Of a stretch of 41,302 nucleotides of DNA, positions 8,621 through 17,308 are shown in pieces. The DNA is taken from the IMG/VR virus record IMGVR_UViG_2802429250_000004. One strand, written 5' to 3'. The position numbers and the translations under genes are program-made. This DNA is from a virus (taxonomy: Duplodnaviria > Heunggongvirae > Uroviricota > Caudoviricetes). The notes under the pieces were generated by a model, which did no database searches, was not told where the DNA came from, and was given only the letters and a program-made list of their open reading frames with translations. The first letter of the stretch is position 1; each line of letters opens with the position of its first letter.

Positions 8621-8800
8621 CCGGTAGCCTGCCGCGTAAATGGCTACGTTTGGCAGGCAGCACGAACCACATTCAACCTTCTTCCTATTCGCTCCTGCTA
8701 GCGAAACCACCATTGAAACACGGTCAATATTTTTACGTTTTGCTGTCGCCTCTTTGTGCTTACGAGCGCGTTCGAGTTTGCGAATCTCTCTTGCTTTCAC
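8594..8800 (-). CDS. N: N-type transcription antiterminator (P22 gp24-like)
   Basis: 68 aa from a GTG start; N-terminal arginine-rich motif KAREIRKLERARKHKEATAKRK; C-terminus …VSLAGANRKKVECGSCCLPNVAIYAAGYRKSKQLTAR resembles the P22 gene 24 product as recalled; nutL lies just upstream. Confidence 0.7.
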   Translation of the reverse strand: MKAREIRKLERARKHKEATAKRKNIDRVSMVVSLAGANRKKVECGSCCLPNVAIYAAGYRKSKQLTAR

Positions 8801-8955
8801 TGGATACCTCCGATGATTGACTTTGGTGATTTGATGTCAGGTGTCGATCTCCTGATTGCGGCTACCCATCCTGCCCCAAAGGCAGGTGCTCACCGCTAAG
8901 CGTTAGTGCATCGACCTGCGCATTCATCAAATCCCAAAGCCAACCTCTCTTTGGT

Positions 8956-8994
8956 GGGGACGAATCATCCCCATTCCATCAATGTTAAAGAGCC
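8956..8994 (-). promoter_or_regulatory. nutL (boxA + boxB)
   Basis: Minus-strand boxA GGCTCTTTAACA (8983-8994) followed by boxB hairpin GGGGATGATTCGTCCCC (8956-8972); the boxB is identical to the one at nutR. Confidence 0.65.
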
Positions 8995-9039
8995 TGCCAA
9001 TCTGTTCCGTTTGGCTTCCTGCGTCCTGCTGATGGCTTA

Positions 9040-9120
9040 AAGATAACTTAGGTTATAGGCGTGGTCAATAACTTAGTTTATATTTTGTGGTAAATAAGTT
9101 ATAAGTAATGGATAACAAAG
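9040..9120 (-). promoter_or_regulatory. PL promoter / OL operators
   Basis: Minus-strand -35 TTGACC (9063-9068), 17-bp spacer, -10 TATCTT (9040-9045); overlapping palindromes ATAACTTAGGTTAT and ATAACTTAGTTTAT share the ATAAC-N4-GTTAT motif with the OR region. Confidence 0.45.
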
Positions 9121-9254
9121 GTATTTTATTTTTGTAAATGTTGAGGATGAAGGTGATGGGCAGGGATCAGAATTGCACTGTTTAGCAAGTTGTATCTATT
9201 AGTTTTCCAATAAATACAAATGGTTATGTGTTGTTGGGAAGGGGGATCGAGAGG

Positions 9255-9290
9255 CAAAGAAAACCCGACGCTAAGGCCGGGGTGTGAGGG
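9255..9290 (-). terminator. Possible terminator ending the cI operon
   Basis: Minus-strand hairpin (CCCGGC…GUCGGG with one G-U pair) followed by UUUUCUUUG, just downstream of the 9312 stop and before PL. Confidence 0.35.
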
Positions 9291-9311
9291 ATTAATTACA
9301 GAGCAAAGAGA

Positions 9312-10316
9312 TCACGCATTAGGTTGCTGTTCATCTGGTTGTTGAATTGATACGGCTCCAGTTCTTTTTTGATCTCGTTCAGGTGCTGTTCCGCTTTTCT
9401 TGCCAGATTGCGACTTTCTTGGATCTGGCTTTCCAACATTTTGTTGAGAATTTCCATCTCCGGTTGCAGATTCTTCGGCATTAGTATTGTCCTCTTTATC
9501 TTGTGTAGTAAGAGGGAAATCCATCACCCTTGGTTTTCCAAACGTTGGGATTTCACCACTATGAATCTTATCACAGAAAAAATTATCGAGTATTTCTGTT
9601 ATACCTTTAGGACATTCAACACACTTGAAAAGTTCCTTGGCTTCTTTTCTGTCGATAACAAATCCATGTGAAGGATACGAAGCGATGAGTTTGCTTAACG
9701 CCCCTTCTTTTAGACTACTTGGCTTGTCTGCTAACCGTTGACCATAAGTGATAGCAATGCTCATCGCACGCTGATGCTCACCAAGTTTTATTGGATCTAT
9801 CTGAGCAGCCATGGGGGCTATCAATGCCTCTGTAAGTCTGGTTGCGATGTCAGCAGATATTTTAGTGCTTATCTGGTTTTCGTATTTTATCTGAACAAGG
9901 TATGAGTTAAACGCTGAAATAGAGCGCTCCTTCAGTGCATCGAGAGCTGTCATAATGGCTAAACCAGAGCTCATCTCACCTATTTCATCGTTTTTTTTCA
10001 GTTGGATATCTAATGGCCCGAGCTCACCCATGTCACCAATAACAAGTTTATTCGCAGCTATGGCTATTAGTGTACCAGCACTTTTGCACGGCCCAACAAC
10101 TAAAAGTGTTACCGTTTCATAATAGTGCTGGAGAGCCCTACCTATACGATAACCAGCATTAGGATCACCGCCATAAGTAGCAACACAGAAGATAACATTC
10201 TCTTTTAATCCATGTTGTGACTTACGCTTCTTGATTTTATTGGTTAGATCAAGATAACCATCACGATGAATATCGCCTATATACACATAAACATCATTAT
10301 TTTCAATAGTATTCAT
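9312..10316 (-). CDS. ClpP/S49-fold serine peptidase-like protein (SDH/SppA-like) in the rexAB-equivalent slot
   Basis: 334 aa; core …VIFCVATYGGDPNAGYRIGRALQHYYETVTLLVVGPCKSAGTLIAIAANKLVIGDMGELGPLD… aligns by eye to the ClpP motif block (…INSPGG…AG…GQAASMGA…) with a Ser in the nucleophile position; low-complexity charged C-terminal tail; AGGGAG RBS; co-directional and immediately downstream of cI; AT-rich. Confidence 0.6.
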   Translation of the reverse strand: MNTIENNDVYVYIGDIHRDGYLDLTNKIKKRKSQHGLKENVIFCVATYGGDPNAGYRIGRALQHYYETVTLLVVGPCKSAGTLIAIAANKLVIGDMGELGPLDIQLKKNDEIGEMSSGLAIMTALDALKERSISAFNSYLVQIKYENQISTKISADIATRLTEALIAPMAAQIDPIKLGEHQRAMSIAITYGQRLADKPSSLKEGALSKLIASYPSHGFVIDRKEAKELFKCVECPKGITEILDNFFCDKIHSGEIPTFGKPRVMDFPLTTQDKEDNTNAEESATGDGNSQQNVGKPDPRKSQSGKKSGTAPERDQKRTGAVSIQQPDEQQPNA

Positions 10317-10459
10317 TCGTTAAACTCCCTGTTGTGGTTACGATGAATGTATTCATGTTGAGGATAAGACATAGTGGTTTGTCATCATCGCTAATCTGGC
10401 GCAATTGACTTTTCATAAATCACAATTGGAATCACCCAAACGTCTCTTCAGGCCACTGG

Positions 10460-11167
10460 CTACCAGCTATGTGATGACCAGAATACTCTGCCAATAATCC
10501 TTACTGTTTCATGAAACTCATCTCTATCCATTACTTCATCAGGGTACTCTTCGCGATTTATTGATCTGATTATCACGGATGTAGGTGTGGCTATTAATGT
10601 CTTTACTCTTAGTAAATCAGATTGACAAATAGCGTAGGTTTTACCATCTCTGATGGTGGTGTCTTGCGTGTTGACTCCAACAACATCACCATCGTGAAGG
10701 GTTGGCTCCATGCTTTGGCCTATCACCCTAACCAGCTTGGCAGAGCTTTCAGATACCCCCATCTTTTTCAGATAGTACTTTCTGAAAACCAAAGAGAACT
10801 CAGATGATTCCTCTAACTCACAGCTACCACTCCCGGCGGAAAGAGAAACATTAAGAAGAGGCAATGCGACAAACTCGTCATCGTTTCTTTTTATGTCTTC
10901 CCATACCACCGCTTTTAACGATGACTCACGCACATTCGATGGCTCTTCATGTGCACCATCCCTCATTTCACCAATACCTGAGCTAAGCCATTCAGGGCGT
11001 ACTTTTAAAGCATTGGCTAATTCAACCATCTTGCGAGATCCGTTTGTTTTACCGGATGACATCTTCTGTATGGCTGGCTGAGATATTCCAACCATGTCAG
11101 CAAGCTGTGATTGCGACACACCTGCTGAGCTCATGGCTGCATTTAGTCTTTCTGCGAATGTTTTCAT
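10460..11167 (-). CDS. cI: CI-type prophage repressor (HTH-XRE plus S24 LexA-like peptidase domain)
   Basis: N-terminal HTH (…QSQLADMVGISQPAIQKM…), Ala-Gly cleavage site (LSAGSGS) and C-terminal S24 motif GQSMEPTLHDGDVV; ATG at 11165-11167 has no RBS, consistent with a leaderless PRM transcript as in lambda. Confidence 0.85.
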   Translation of the reverse strand: MKTFAERLNAAMSSAGVSQSQLADMVGISQPAIQKMSSGKTNGSRKMVELANALKVRPEWLSSGIGEMRDGAHEEPSNVRESSLKAVVWEDIKRNDDEFVALPLLNVSLSAGSGSCELEESSEFSLVFRKYYLKKMGVSESSAKLVRVIGQSMEPTLHDGDVVGVNTQDTTIRDGKTYAICQSDLLRVKTLIATPTSVIIRSINREEYPDEVMDRDEFHETVRIIGRVFWSSHSW

Positions 11168-11278
11168 ACCCACAAATCTATAACTACGGTTATCCAAAGT
11201 AAAATAATAAAGGTTATTGCTATTTTTTATAACTTGAGTTATCTTTGGTTATAAGTAATGACCACAAGAGGTATGCTC
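11168..11278. promoter_or_regulatory. OR operators with divergent PRM/PR
   Basis: Intergenic region between divergent cI and cro containing palindromes ATAACTACGGTTAT and ATAACTTGAGTTAT (same ATAAC-N4-GTTAT motif as OL); exact promoter hexamers not resolved. Confidence 0.5.
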
Positions 11279-11503
11279 ATGAATTTAGTAATTCAACGAG
11301 CCTTGAAAATTGTCGGTAGCCAAAAGCGCCTTGCCGACAAGTGTGGTGTAACGCAGCCAGCAGTACACAAATGGCTGAAAGGCGGGTTGGTCTCTCCAGA
11401 GAAAGTTACCGCCATCGTTAACGCCACTGGAGGGCAGATCAAGGCTTACGAAATTCGCCCCGATTTGCCACACCTGTTTCCAAAACCGAATCAGGCAGCA
11501 TAA
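11279..11503 (+). CDS. cro: Cro-like repressor
   Basis: 74 aa starting MNLVIQRAL… with AGAGGT RBS; HTH-like …QKRLADKCGVTQPAVHKWL…; divergent from cI. Confidence 0.65.
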   Translation: MNLVIQRALKIVGSQKRLADKCGVTQPAVHKWLKGGLVSPEKVTAIVNATGGQIKAYEIRPDLPHLFPKPNQAA

Positions 11504-11510
11504 GTAACAC

Positions 11511-11548
11511 CGCTCTTTAAACAATCAGGTCGGGGATGATTCGTCCCC
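11511..11548 (+). promoter_or_regulatory. nutR (boxA + boxB)
   Basis: boxA CGCTCTTTAAACA (11511-11523) and boxB hairpin GGGGATGATTCGTCCCC (11532-11548) between cro and cII. Confidence 0.7.
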
Positions 11549-11600
11549 ACAAAAAACGCATCAACAGATGCGTAATATTCACTATTGGAAATCATAAGAA

Positions 11601-11897
11601 ATGGAACAAACAAGTTACAGCAAACTATCACAGCGTGACGTTGATCGCGCAGAAACAGATTTACTCATCAACCTGTCAACGCTTACACAGCGCGGTCTGG
11701 CAAAGATGATTGGCTGTCATGAATCAAAGATAAGCAGAACGGACTGGAGATTTATTGCTTCGGTCTTGTGTGCTTTCGGAATGGCATCAGACATCAGTCC
11801 GATTAGTAGGGCTTTTAAGTATGCGCTTGATGGAATCACCAATAAAAAACGCCCGGCGGCAACCGAGCGTTCTGATCAAATACAAATGGAATTTTAA
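11601..11897 (+). CDS. cII: CII transcriptional activator
   Basis: 98 aa; C-terminus …TNKKRPAATERSDQIQMEF closely matches lambda CII (…TNKKRPAATERSEQIQMEF) as recalled; position after cro/nutR. Confidence 0.85.
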   Translation: MEQTSYSKLSQRDVDRAETDLLINLSTLTQRGLAKMIGCHESKISRTDWRFIASVLCAFGMASDISPISRAFKYALDGITNKKRPAATERSDQIQMEF

Positions 11898-11919
11898 TAA
11901 CATCCAACGAGGTAATTAT

Positions 11920-12063
11920 ATGCGAAAAACGCAGGAAAATAAACGCGTTAATCACCGAAAAGATGTGCTACGTGACCAGTTTTATCAGGGGGTTAATCCA
12001 GCAATAGCTGTGCCACTGAGAGAAATACTTAACAGGTACAAAACTTCGGAGAAGTCAAAATGA
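11920..12063 (+). CDS. Small hypothetical protein between cII and O
   Basis: 47 aa (MRKTQENKRVNHRKD…), GAGGTAA RBS; stop overlaps the O-like start (ATGA). Confidence 0.3.
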   Translation: MRKTQENKRVNHRKDVLRDQFYQGVNPAIAVPLREILNRYKTSEKSK

Positions 12064-12815
12064 GCATGAATCTTATGGCTAAGGCCATGAATATAAAGGT
12101 TGGCAACCCACTGAGAAAACTGGTTCTGATTAAACTTGCCGATAACGCCAATGATAATGGCGAATGCTGGCCTTCATATCAACATGTCGCTGACCAGTGT
12201 GAGGTGAGCAGATCGACAGTAAAAAGTCACATTAGGGCACTGGAAGAGATGGGGCTTTTGAAAAGGGAATTCAGAAGAAAAGGAGAGCTTAACCAGTCAA
12301 ACGTTTTTTATCTGACGCTGGATAATGCACAACAAATCCAACCAGAATCAGGTGGGGCAGGAGCTGCCCTAGGGGGTGGGGCAGGAGCTGCCCCCAGAAC
12401 CTATCACTCTTTTGAACCAGTCAATGAACCTAAAAACATTATGTTCGAACATGTCCGAACAGAGTGTGAAAAAACTCCTGACCGTCACGAAGAAACCGAC
12501 AAGGCATTCGAGGAAATATTCTGGTGTGCAGGCATGCGGAAAGCCGGGAAGAAAAACGCAGCTTCAGCATTCAGAACACAGTTCAGGGAATGGCGTAAAA
12601 CTACCAGGGGGACGGCAAGCGAGTTTGCCACGATGCTGGCAGAAGACATTGCGTGCAGGCTCGGTAAGCAGTTCGGGTTCGACAGGTTGTTACCATCGAG
12701 CTACCTGAACGGTCAACGCTGGAACGACGAGAAGCCAGAAACTATTCAACCACAATCCAAACCATCATCCGCAATCACCGTATCGAAAACTGGCTACGTG
12801 TTTTTCGACAGGTGA
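12060..12815 (+). CDS. Replication initiator (O-like, N-terminal HTH)
   Basis: 251 aa; N-terminal DNA-binding region (…LVLIKLADNANDNGECWPSYQHVADQCEVSRSTVKSHIRALEEMGLL…); two 16-bp direct repeats lie inside the gene; position upstream of the primase-helicase. Confidence 0.6.
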   Translation: MSMNLMAKAMNIKVGNPLRKLVLIKLADNANDNGECWPSYQHVADQCEVSRSTVKSHIRALEEMGLLKREFRRKGELNQSNVFYLTLDNAQQIQPESGGAGAALGGGAGAAPRTYHSFEPVNEPKNIMFEHVRTECEKTPDRHEETDKAFEEIFWCAGMRKAGKKNAASAFRTQFREWRKTTRGTASEFATMLAEDIACRLGKQFGFDRLLPSSYLNGQRWNDEKPETIQPQSKPSSAITVSKTGYVFFDR

Positions 12816-12925
12816 ACCATGAAATCCAGAATCAAATCGTTACTTATCGCTGGCTATAACCATGGCTGGCTTAGTTCTGCATTCGTTGAGTTCTGGTTTA
12901 ACCGTCTCGATCTGAGGTCAGCGTA

Positions 12926-14806
12926 ATGACTCCAAGTGAACTGAGCGACCTGCTTTGGGCGCAGGTTGACAGGGTGGCTCCGCACCTGTTGCCAAACGGC
13001 AAGAAAGAGGGGCATGAGTGGGTTGCCGGTAACGTCAACGGTGACAAGGGAAACAGCCTTAAGGTCAACATTAGCGGCAAGAAAAAATGGGCTGATTTCG
13101 CTGAGGGAGACGGCGGTGACATGCTTGATTTGTGGATGGCATGTCGTGGAATTAACCTGCATCAGGCTATGCAGGAAGCGAAAGCATTTCTCGGTATCAA
13201 GGATGACGATCACCATTTCGATGCCAAACGTGAGAAAAAATTCTCCAGACCTGACCGCAAGAAAATCGCCCGCTACGTTACCAGAACAGAATCCCATCTT
13301 GAGTACCTGCAATCGCGTGGCATATCGCCAGAAATCGTAAAGCGCTACGAGGTTGTCAGCGGCAAGGTGTGGAATGGAGAGCGGGAACTGGATGCTCTGG
13401 TGCTTCCGTACAAACGCGATGGTGAGTTGTTGCAGGTCAAGCGAATCAGCACTGAGCGCCCGGACGGGAAGAAAGTCATTATGGCAGAAGGTGATTGCGA
13501 ACCTTGTCTGTTCGGATGGCAGGCTCTGGACGCTGGCGTGAGGGCGGTTGTACTTTGCGAAGGCGAAATTGATTGTATGAGCTATGCGCAATACGGCATC
13601 TCGGCGTTATCCGTGCCGTTTGGTGGCGGGAAAGGCGCTAAGCAGCAGTGGATTGAGTTTGAGTATCACAATCTCGACAGGTTTGAGGAAATATTCATCT
13701 CGATGGACGTTGATGATGTTGGTCGTGAAGCCGCAAGGGAAATCGCAAGCCGACTCGGTGAACATCGTTGCCGTCTTGTTACACTGCCGTACAAAGACAT
13801 CAACGAATGCCTGATGAACGGTGTTACCGAGGATGAAATCTGGCAGTACATCGGCACGGCATCCTACTTCGACCCCGAAGAACTCTACAGCGCGCGAGAG
13901 TTTTACCAGGACACTATCAACGCTTTCTACGGCAAGCAGCAGTATCTGTTTAATCCACCGTGGAAATCTCTGGCAGATAAATTCCAGTTCCGTGAGGCAG
14001 AGTTGACGCTGGTCAATGGTGTGAACGGTCACGGAAAAACGGAGGTTGTCGGGCATATGGCACTTGAGGCAATGCGTCAGGGTGTGAAGACGTGCATCGC
14101 GTCACTTGAGCTGAAGCCTGGTATTCTCCTTAAGCGCCTTACCCGTCAGGCGACGTGCTGCAAGATGCCGCCAGTGCTGGAAATTGACTCTGCATTTAAA
14201 TTTTATGACGAAAGACTTTGGGTGTTTGGCCTGACCGGAACGGCGAAAGCCGACAGGCTGATCGAAATATTCGACTACGCTCGCCGCCGATACGGTATCC
14301 AGTTATTCATCATCGACAGCCTGATGAAATGTGGCATAGGCGACGATGACTATAACGGGCAGAAAGCGTTTGTTGACTCGATTTGCGACTTCAAAAACAA
14401 AACAAACTCCCACGTCATTCTCGTTACTCACTCGCGAAAAGGAGACAGCGAAGAAAAACCAACCGGGAAAATGGACGTAAAAGGCTCTGGAGCGATAACA
14501 GACCTGACAGACAACCTTTTCATCATCTGGCGTAACAAGGCTCGTGAGAGAGCGTTACAGAGAGTTCAGAGTGGTGAAAAGATGTCAGAGAAGGACGAAC
14601 AGCTACTGGCATCTCCGGCATCTGTTTTGATGCTTGAAAAACAACGTAACGGCGAAGGTTGGGAAGGTGGTGTCCCGTTGTTCCTTGACGAGCAATCGCA
14701 CCAGTTCCTGCAACTTGAATCAGGATCGCCATATAGCTACATCGCCAATATGCCGAAATCGGAATATGACGAGGCGTGGCGACAGGAAAACGTGACGGAG
14801 TATTAA
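12926..14806 (+). CDS. Primase-helicase fusion (Toprim domain plus DnaB-like helicase)
   Basis: 626 aa; Toprim-like VVLCEGEIDCMSYAQ, Walker A NGVNGHGKTE and Walker B LFIIDSLMK. Confidence 0.75.
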   Translation: MTPSELSDLLWAQVDRVAPHLLPNGKKEGHEWVAGNVNGDKGNSLKVNISGKKKWADFAEGDGGDMLDLWMACRGINLHQAMQEAKAFLGIKDDDHHFDAKREKKFSRPDRKKIARYVTRTESHLEYLQSRGISPEIVKRYEVVSGKVWNGERELDALVLPYKRDGELLQVKRISTERPDGKKVIMAEGDCEPCLFGWQALDAGVRAVVLCEGEIDCMSYAQYGISALSVPFGGGKGAKQQWIEFEYHNLDRFEEIFISMDVDDVGREAAREIASRLGEHRCRLVTLPYKDINECLMNGVTEDEIWQYIGTASYFDPEELYSAREFYQDTINAFYGKQQYLFNPPWKSLADKFQFREAELTLVNGVNGHGKTEVVGHMALEAMRQGVKTCIASLELKPGILLKRLTRQATCCKMPPVLEIDSAFKFYDERLWVFGLTGTAKADRLIEIFDYARRRYGIQLFIIDSLMKCGIGDDDYNGQKAFVDSICDFKNKTNSHVILVTHSRKGDSEEKPTGKMDVKGSGAITDLTDNLFIIWRNKARERALQRVQSGEKMSEKDEQLLASPASVLMLEKQRNGEGWEGGVPLFLDEQSHQFLQLESGSPYSYIANMPKSEYDEAWRQENVTEY

Positions 14807-15076
14807 ATGAATAAAAAACAATTAGCCATTCTCGAAAAGGCATGGGATGCACAAATATCATGCGCTTTGAAAGAACAGGCACTACCAATAATCCAGACCA
14901 AATCGAAAATAGCCAGGCAGTTATGCGATGACGGATTCCTGAACGAAGTTGAGATTACGCGCCAGATGGTAACGTTTAAAGGGTATGAGATAAATCATCA
15001 TGGTATAGCAGCGTATTGTTCCCATCTTCCTGATGACGTTGACATTGATGAAATGGAAAGGGAGATGAAGCAATGA
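14807..15076 (+). CDS. Hypothetical protein
   Basis: 89-aa ORF; start overlaps the primase-helicase stop. Confidence 0.5.
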   Translation: MNKKQLAILEKAWDAQISCALKEQALPIIQTKSKIARQLCDDGFLNEVEITRQMVTFKGYEINHHGIAAYCSHLPDDVDIDEMEREMKQ

Positions 15077-15098
15077 CCATCTACATCACTGAGCTAAT

Positions 15099-15128
15099 AA
15101 CAGGCCTGCTGGTAATCGCAGGCCTTTT
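15099..15128 (+). terminator. Intrinsic terminator ahead of the nin genes
   Basis: Perfect 8-bp stem AGGCCTGC/GCAGGCCT with loop TGGTAATC followed by TTTTTATTT. Confidence 0.55.
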
Positions 15129-15149
15129 TATTTGGGGGAGAGGGAAGTC

Positions 15150-15590
15150 ATGAAAAAACTAACCTTTGAAATTCGATCCCCAGCACATCAGCAAAACGCT
15201 ATTCACGCAGTACAGCAAATTCTTCCAGACCCAACCAAACCAATCGTAGTAACCATTCAGGAACGCAACCGCAGCTTAGACCAGAATCGAAAGCTTTGGG
15301 CTTGCCTTGGTGACGTCTCTCGTCAGGTTGAATGGCATGGTCGCTGGCTGGATGCAGAAAGCTGGAAGTGTGTGTTTACCGCAGCATTAAAGCAGCAGGA
15401 CGTTGTTCCTAACCTTGCCGGGAATGGCTTTGTGGTAATAGGCCAGTCAACCAGCAGGATGCGTGTAGGCGAATTTGCGGAGCTATTAGAGCTTATACAG
15501 GCATTCGGTACAGAGCGTGGCGTTAAGTGGTCAGACGAAGCGAGACTGGCTCTGGAGTGGAAAGCAAGATGGGGAGACAGGGCGGCATGA
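15150..15590 (+). CDS. ninB: NinB recombination protein
   Basis: 146 aa [56 protein letters not shown]…, matching lambda NinB as recalled. Confidence 0.85.
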   Translation: MKKLTFEIRSPAHQQNAIHAVQQILPDPTKPIVVTIQERNRSLDQNRKLWACLGDVSRQVEWHGRWLDAESWKCVFTAALKQQDVVPNLAGNGFVVIGQSTSRMRVGEFAELLELIQAFGTERGVKWSDEARLALEWKARWGDRAA

Positions 15591-15763
15591 GGCGACAGCG
15601 ACGAAGTTTCACCGACATCATCTGCGAAAACTGCAAATACCTTCCAACGAAACGCTCCAGAAATAAACGCAAGCCAATCCCAAAAGAATCTGACGTAAAA
15701 ACCTTCAACTACACGGCTCACCTGTGGGATATCCGGTGGCTAAGACATCGTGCGAGGAAATGA
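15587..15763 (+). CDS. ninD: NinD
   Basis: 58 aa [34 protein letters not shown]… (zinc-ribbon-like); start overlaps the ninB stop (ATGA). Confidence 0.7.
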   Translation: MRRQRRSFTDIICENCKYLPTKRSRNKRKPIPKESDVKTFNYTAHLWDIRWLRHRARK

Positions 15764-15765
15764 CA

Positions 15766-16134
15766 ATGGATTATTCACAGTTAAGTGATTTTGAAATTAA
15801 CAGAATGGTAGGAGACATAATTTTTAAAGGCCTTTGGGCATGTAAACCGGAAACATCAGGGAATAACACCAACAAATGGTATTACGGAAATGCTGATACA
15901 ACTTTTGAGCCATTAAACCCTTTACCTGACTACTGCAATGATCCGAGCGCCTCATGGCCTGTAATCGCAAAACATCATATCAGCATATGTGCATACGAAA
16001 GAAATAATCCTGGAATGAAGAATGAATATTGGTGGGAGGCAGATAGATTTTGTGAATTTATTACCATAGACAACAACCCACTCCGCGCCGCCATGATTGT
16101 ATTTCTCATGATGCAGGACGCCAATAATGCTTAG
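15766..16134 (+). CDS. NinX/DUF2591-like protein
   Basis: About 122 aa from the ATG at 15766 (GAGG RBS); nin-region position. Confidence 0.5.
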   Translation: MDYSQLSDFEINRMVGDIIFKGLWACKPETSGNNTNKWYYGNADTTFEPLNPLPDYCNDPSASWPVIAKHHISICAYERNNPGMKNEYWWEADRFCEFITIDNNPLRAAMIVFLMMQDANNA

Positions 16135-16303
16135 CCCATCCCAATCCCTTCAATACCAGAAAGAAAGCGTCGAGCGAGCTTTAACGTGCGCTAATTGCGG
16201 TCAAAAGCTGCATTTTCTGGAAGTTCACGTGTGCTCCGATTGCTGCGCAGAACTGATGAGCGATCCGAATAGCTCAATGTACGAGGAAGAAGACGATGAA
16301 TGA
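16127..16303 (+). CDS. ninF: NinF (small zinc-ribbon protein)
   Basis: 58 aa MLSPSQSLQYQKESVERALTCANCGQKLHFLEVHVCSDCCAELMSDPNSSMYEEEDDE, translated by hand; below the ORF-track length cutoff. Confidence 0.6.
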   Translation: MLSPSQSLQYQKESVERALTCANCGQKLHFLEVHVCSDCCAELMSDPNSSMYEEEDDE

Positions 16304-17018
16304 GTTAATAAATGGCAATGCCATCAAAATGACAAGCATTGAAATCGCTGAGTTGGTGGGAAGTCGTCATGACAAGGTGAAACAATCTATTGAACGACTG
16401 GCGGCTCGAGGTGTGATCCGAAATCCCCCAATGGTGGTTTTCGAAAAAATCAATAACTTAGGATTACTTCGTGGCGTAGAGGCTTACGTTTTTGAGGGCG
16501 AACAAGGTAAGCGAGACAGTATTGTCGTTGTAGCCCAGTTGTCGCCGGAATTCACCGCTCGTCTTGTTGACCGTTGGCGAGAGCTTGAAGAAGCTGCGGT
16601 TAATATCCCCAAAACGCTACCGGAAGCGTTGCGCCTTGCTGCTGACCTTGCTGAGCAGAAAATGCAACTGGAAAACCAGCTCGCAATTGCCGCACCTAAA
16701 GTTGAGTTTGCCGATCGCGTTGGCGAGGCCAGCGGAATTTTGATTGGAAACTTTGCAAAGGTTGTCGGTATTGGTCCAAACAAACTGTTTGCATGGATGC
16801 GCGATCACAAAATCCTTATTGCTTCAGGTTCCCGGCGAAATGTGCCAATGCAGGAATATATGGATCGCGGCTATTTCACAGTGAAAGAAACAGCGGTCAA
16901 CACAAATCACGGAATACAGATATCGTTCACCACAAAAATCACCGGGCGTGGTCAACAGTGGCTGACCAGAAAGCTGCTCGATAACGGAATGCTGAAAGTA
17001 ACAGGGGAGGCTGCTTAA
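16296..17018 (+). CDS. Antirepressor-like protein (Rha/KilA-C type)
   Basis: 240 aa; N-terminal …AIKMTSIEIAELVGSRHDKVKQSIERL… (phage regulatory Rha-like) and a C-terminal region typical of KilA-C/Ant C-terminal domains. Confidence 0.6.
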   Translation: MNELINGNAIKMTSIEIAELVGSRHDKVKQSIERLAARGVIRNPPMVVFEKINNLGLLRGVEAYVFEGEQGKRDSIVVVAQLSPEFTARLVDRWRELEEAAVNIPKTLPEALRLAADLAEQKMQLENQLAIAAPKVEFADRVGEASGILIGNFAKVVGIGPNKLFAWMRDHKILIASGSRRNVPMQEYMDRGYFTVKETAVNTNHGIQISFTTKITGRGQQWLTRKLLDNGMLKVTGEAA

Positions 17019-17308
17019 TGGCTAACCTACGCAAAGAAGCGCGCGGCAGAGAATGTCAGGTACGTATTTACGGCGTATGCAATGGCAATCCTGAAACTAC
17101 AGTTCTGGCACATTACCGGATGGCTGGAATTTGCGGAACGGGAATGAAACCTGACGACCTGATCGGCGCATGGGCTTGTAGCTCGTGTCACGATGAAATC
17201 GACCGACGCACCCATAACCTCGACAACAAAGACGCCAGACTTTACCACCTCGAAGGCGTAATCAGGACGCAGGCGATACTGCTGAAGGAGGGGAAGATTA
17301 AGTCATGA
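17018..17308 (+). CDS. DUF1364-family protein (YbcO-like)
   Basis: 96 aa, Cys/His-rich (…CQVRIYGVCNGNPETTVLAHY…CSSCHDEID…); conserved lambdoid nin-region protein. Confidence 0.6.
   Translation: MANLRKEARGRECQVRIYGVCNGNPETTVLAHYRMAGICGTGMKPDDLIGAWACSSCHDEIDRRTHNLDNKDARLYHLEGVIRTQAILLKEGKIKS

Noticed and set aside
9296-9481. 61-aa minus-strand ORF
   Set aside because: Overlaps the 3' end of the 334-aa peptidase-like gene in another frame.
12854-13591. 245-aa minus-strand ORF
   Set aside because: Lies entirely antisense to the 626-aa primase-helicase gene, which has clear Toprim and Walker motifs; no RBS and a low-complexity translation.
13607-14056. 149-aa minus-strand ORF
   Set aside because: Antisense to the primase-helicase; most likely a chance open frame.
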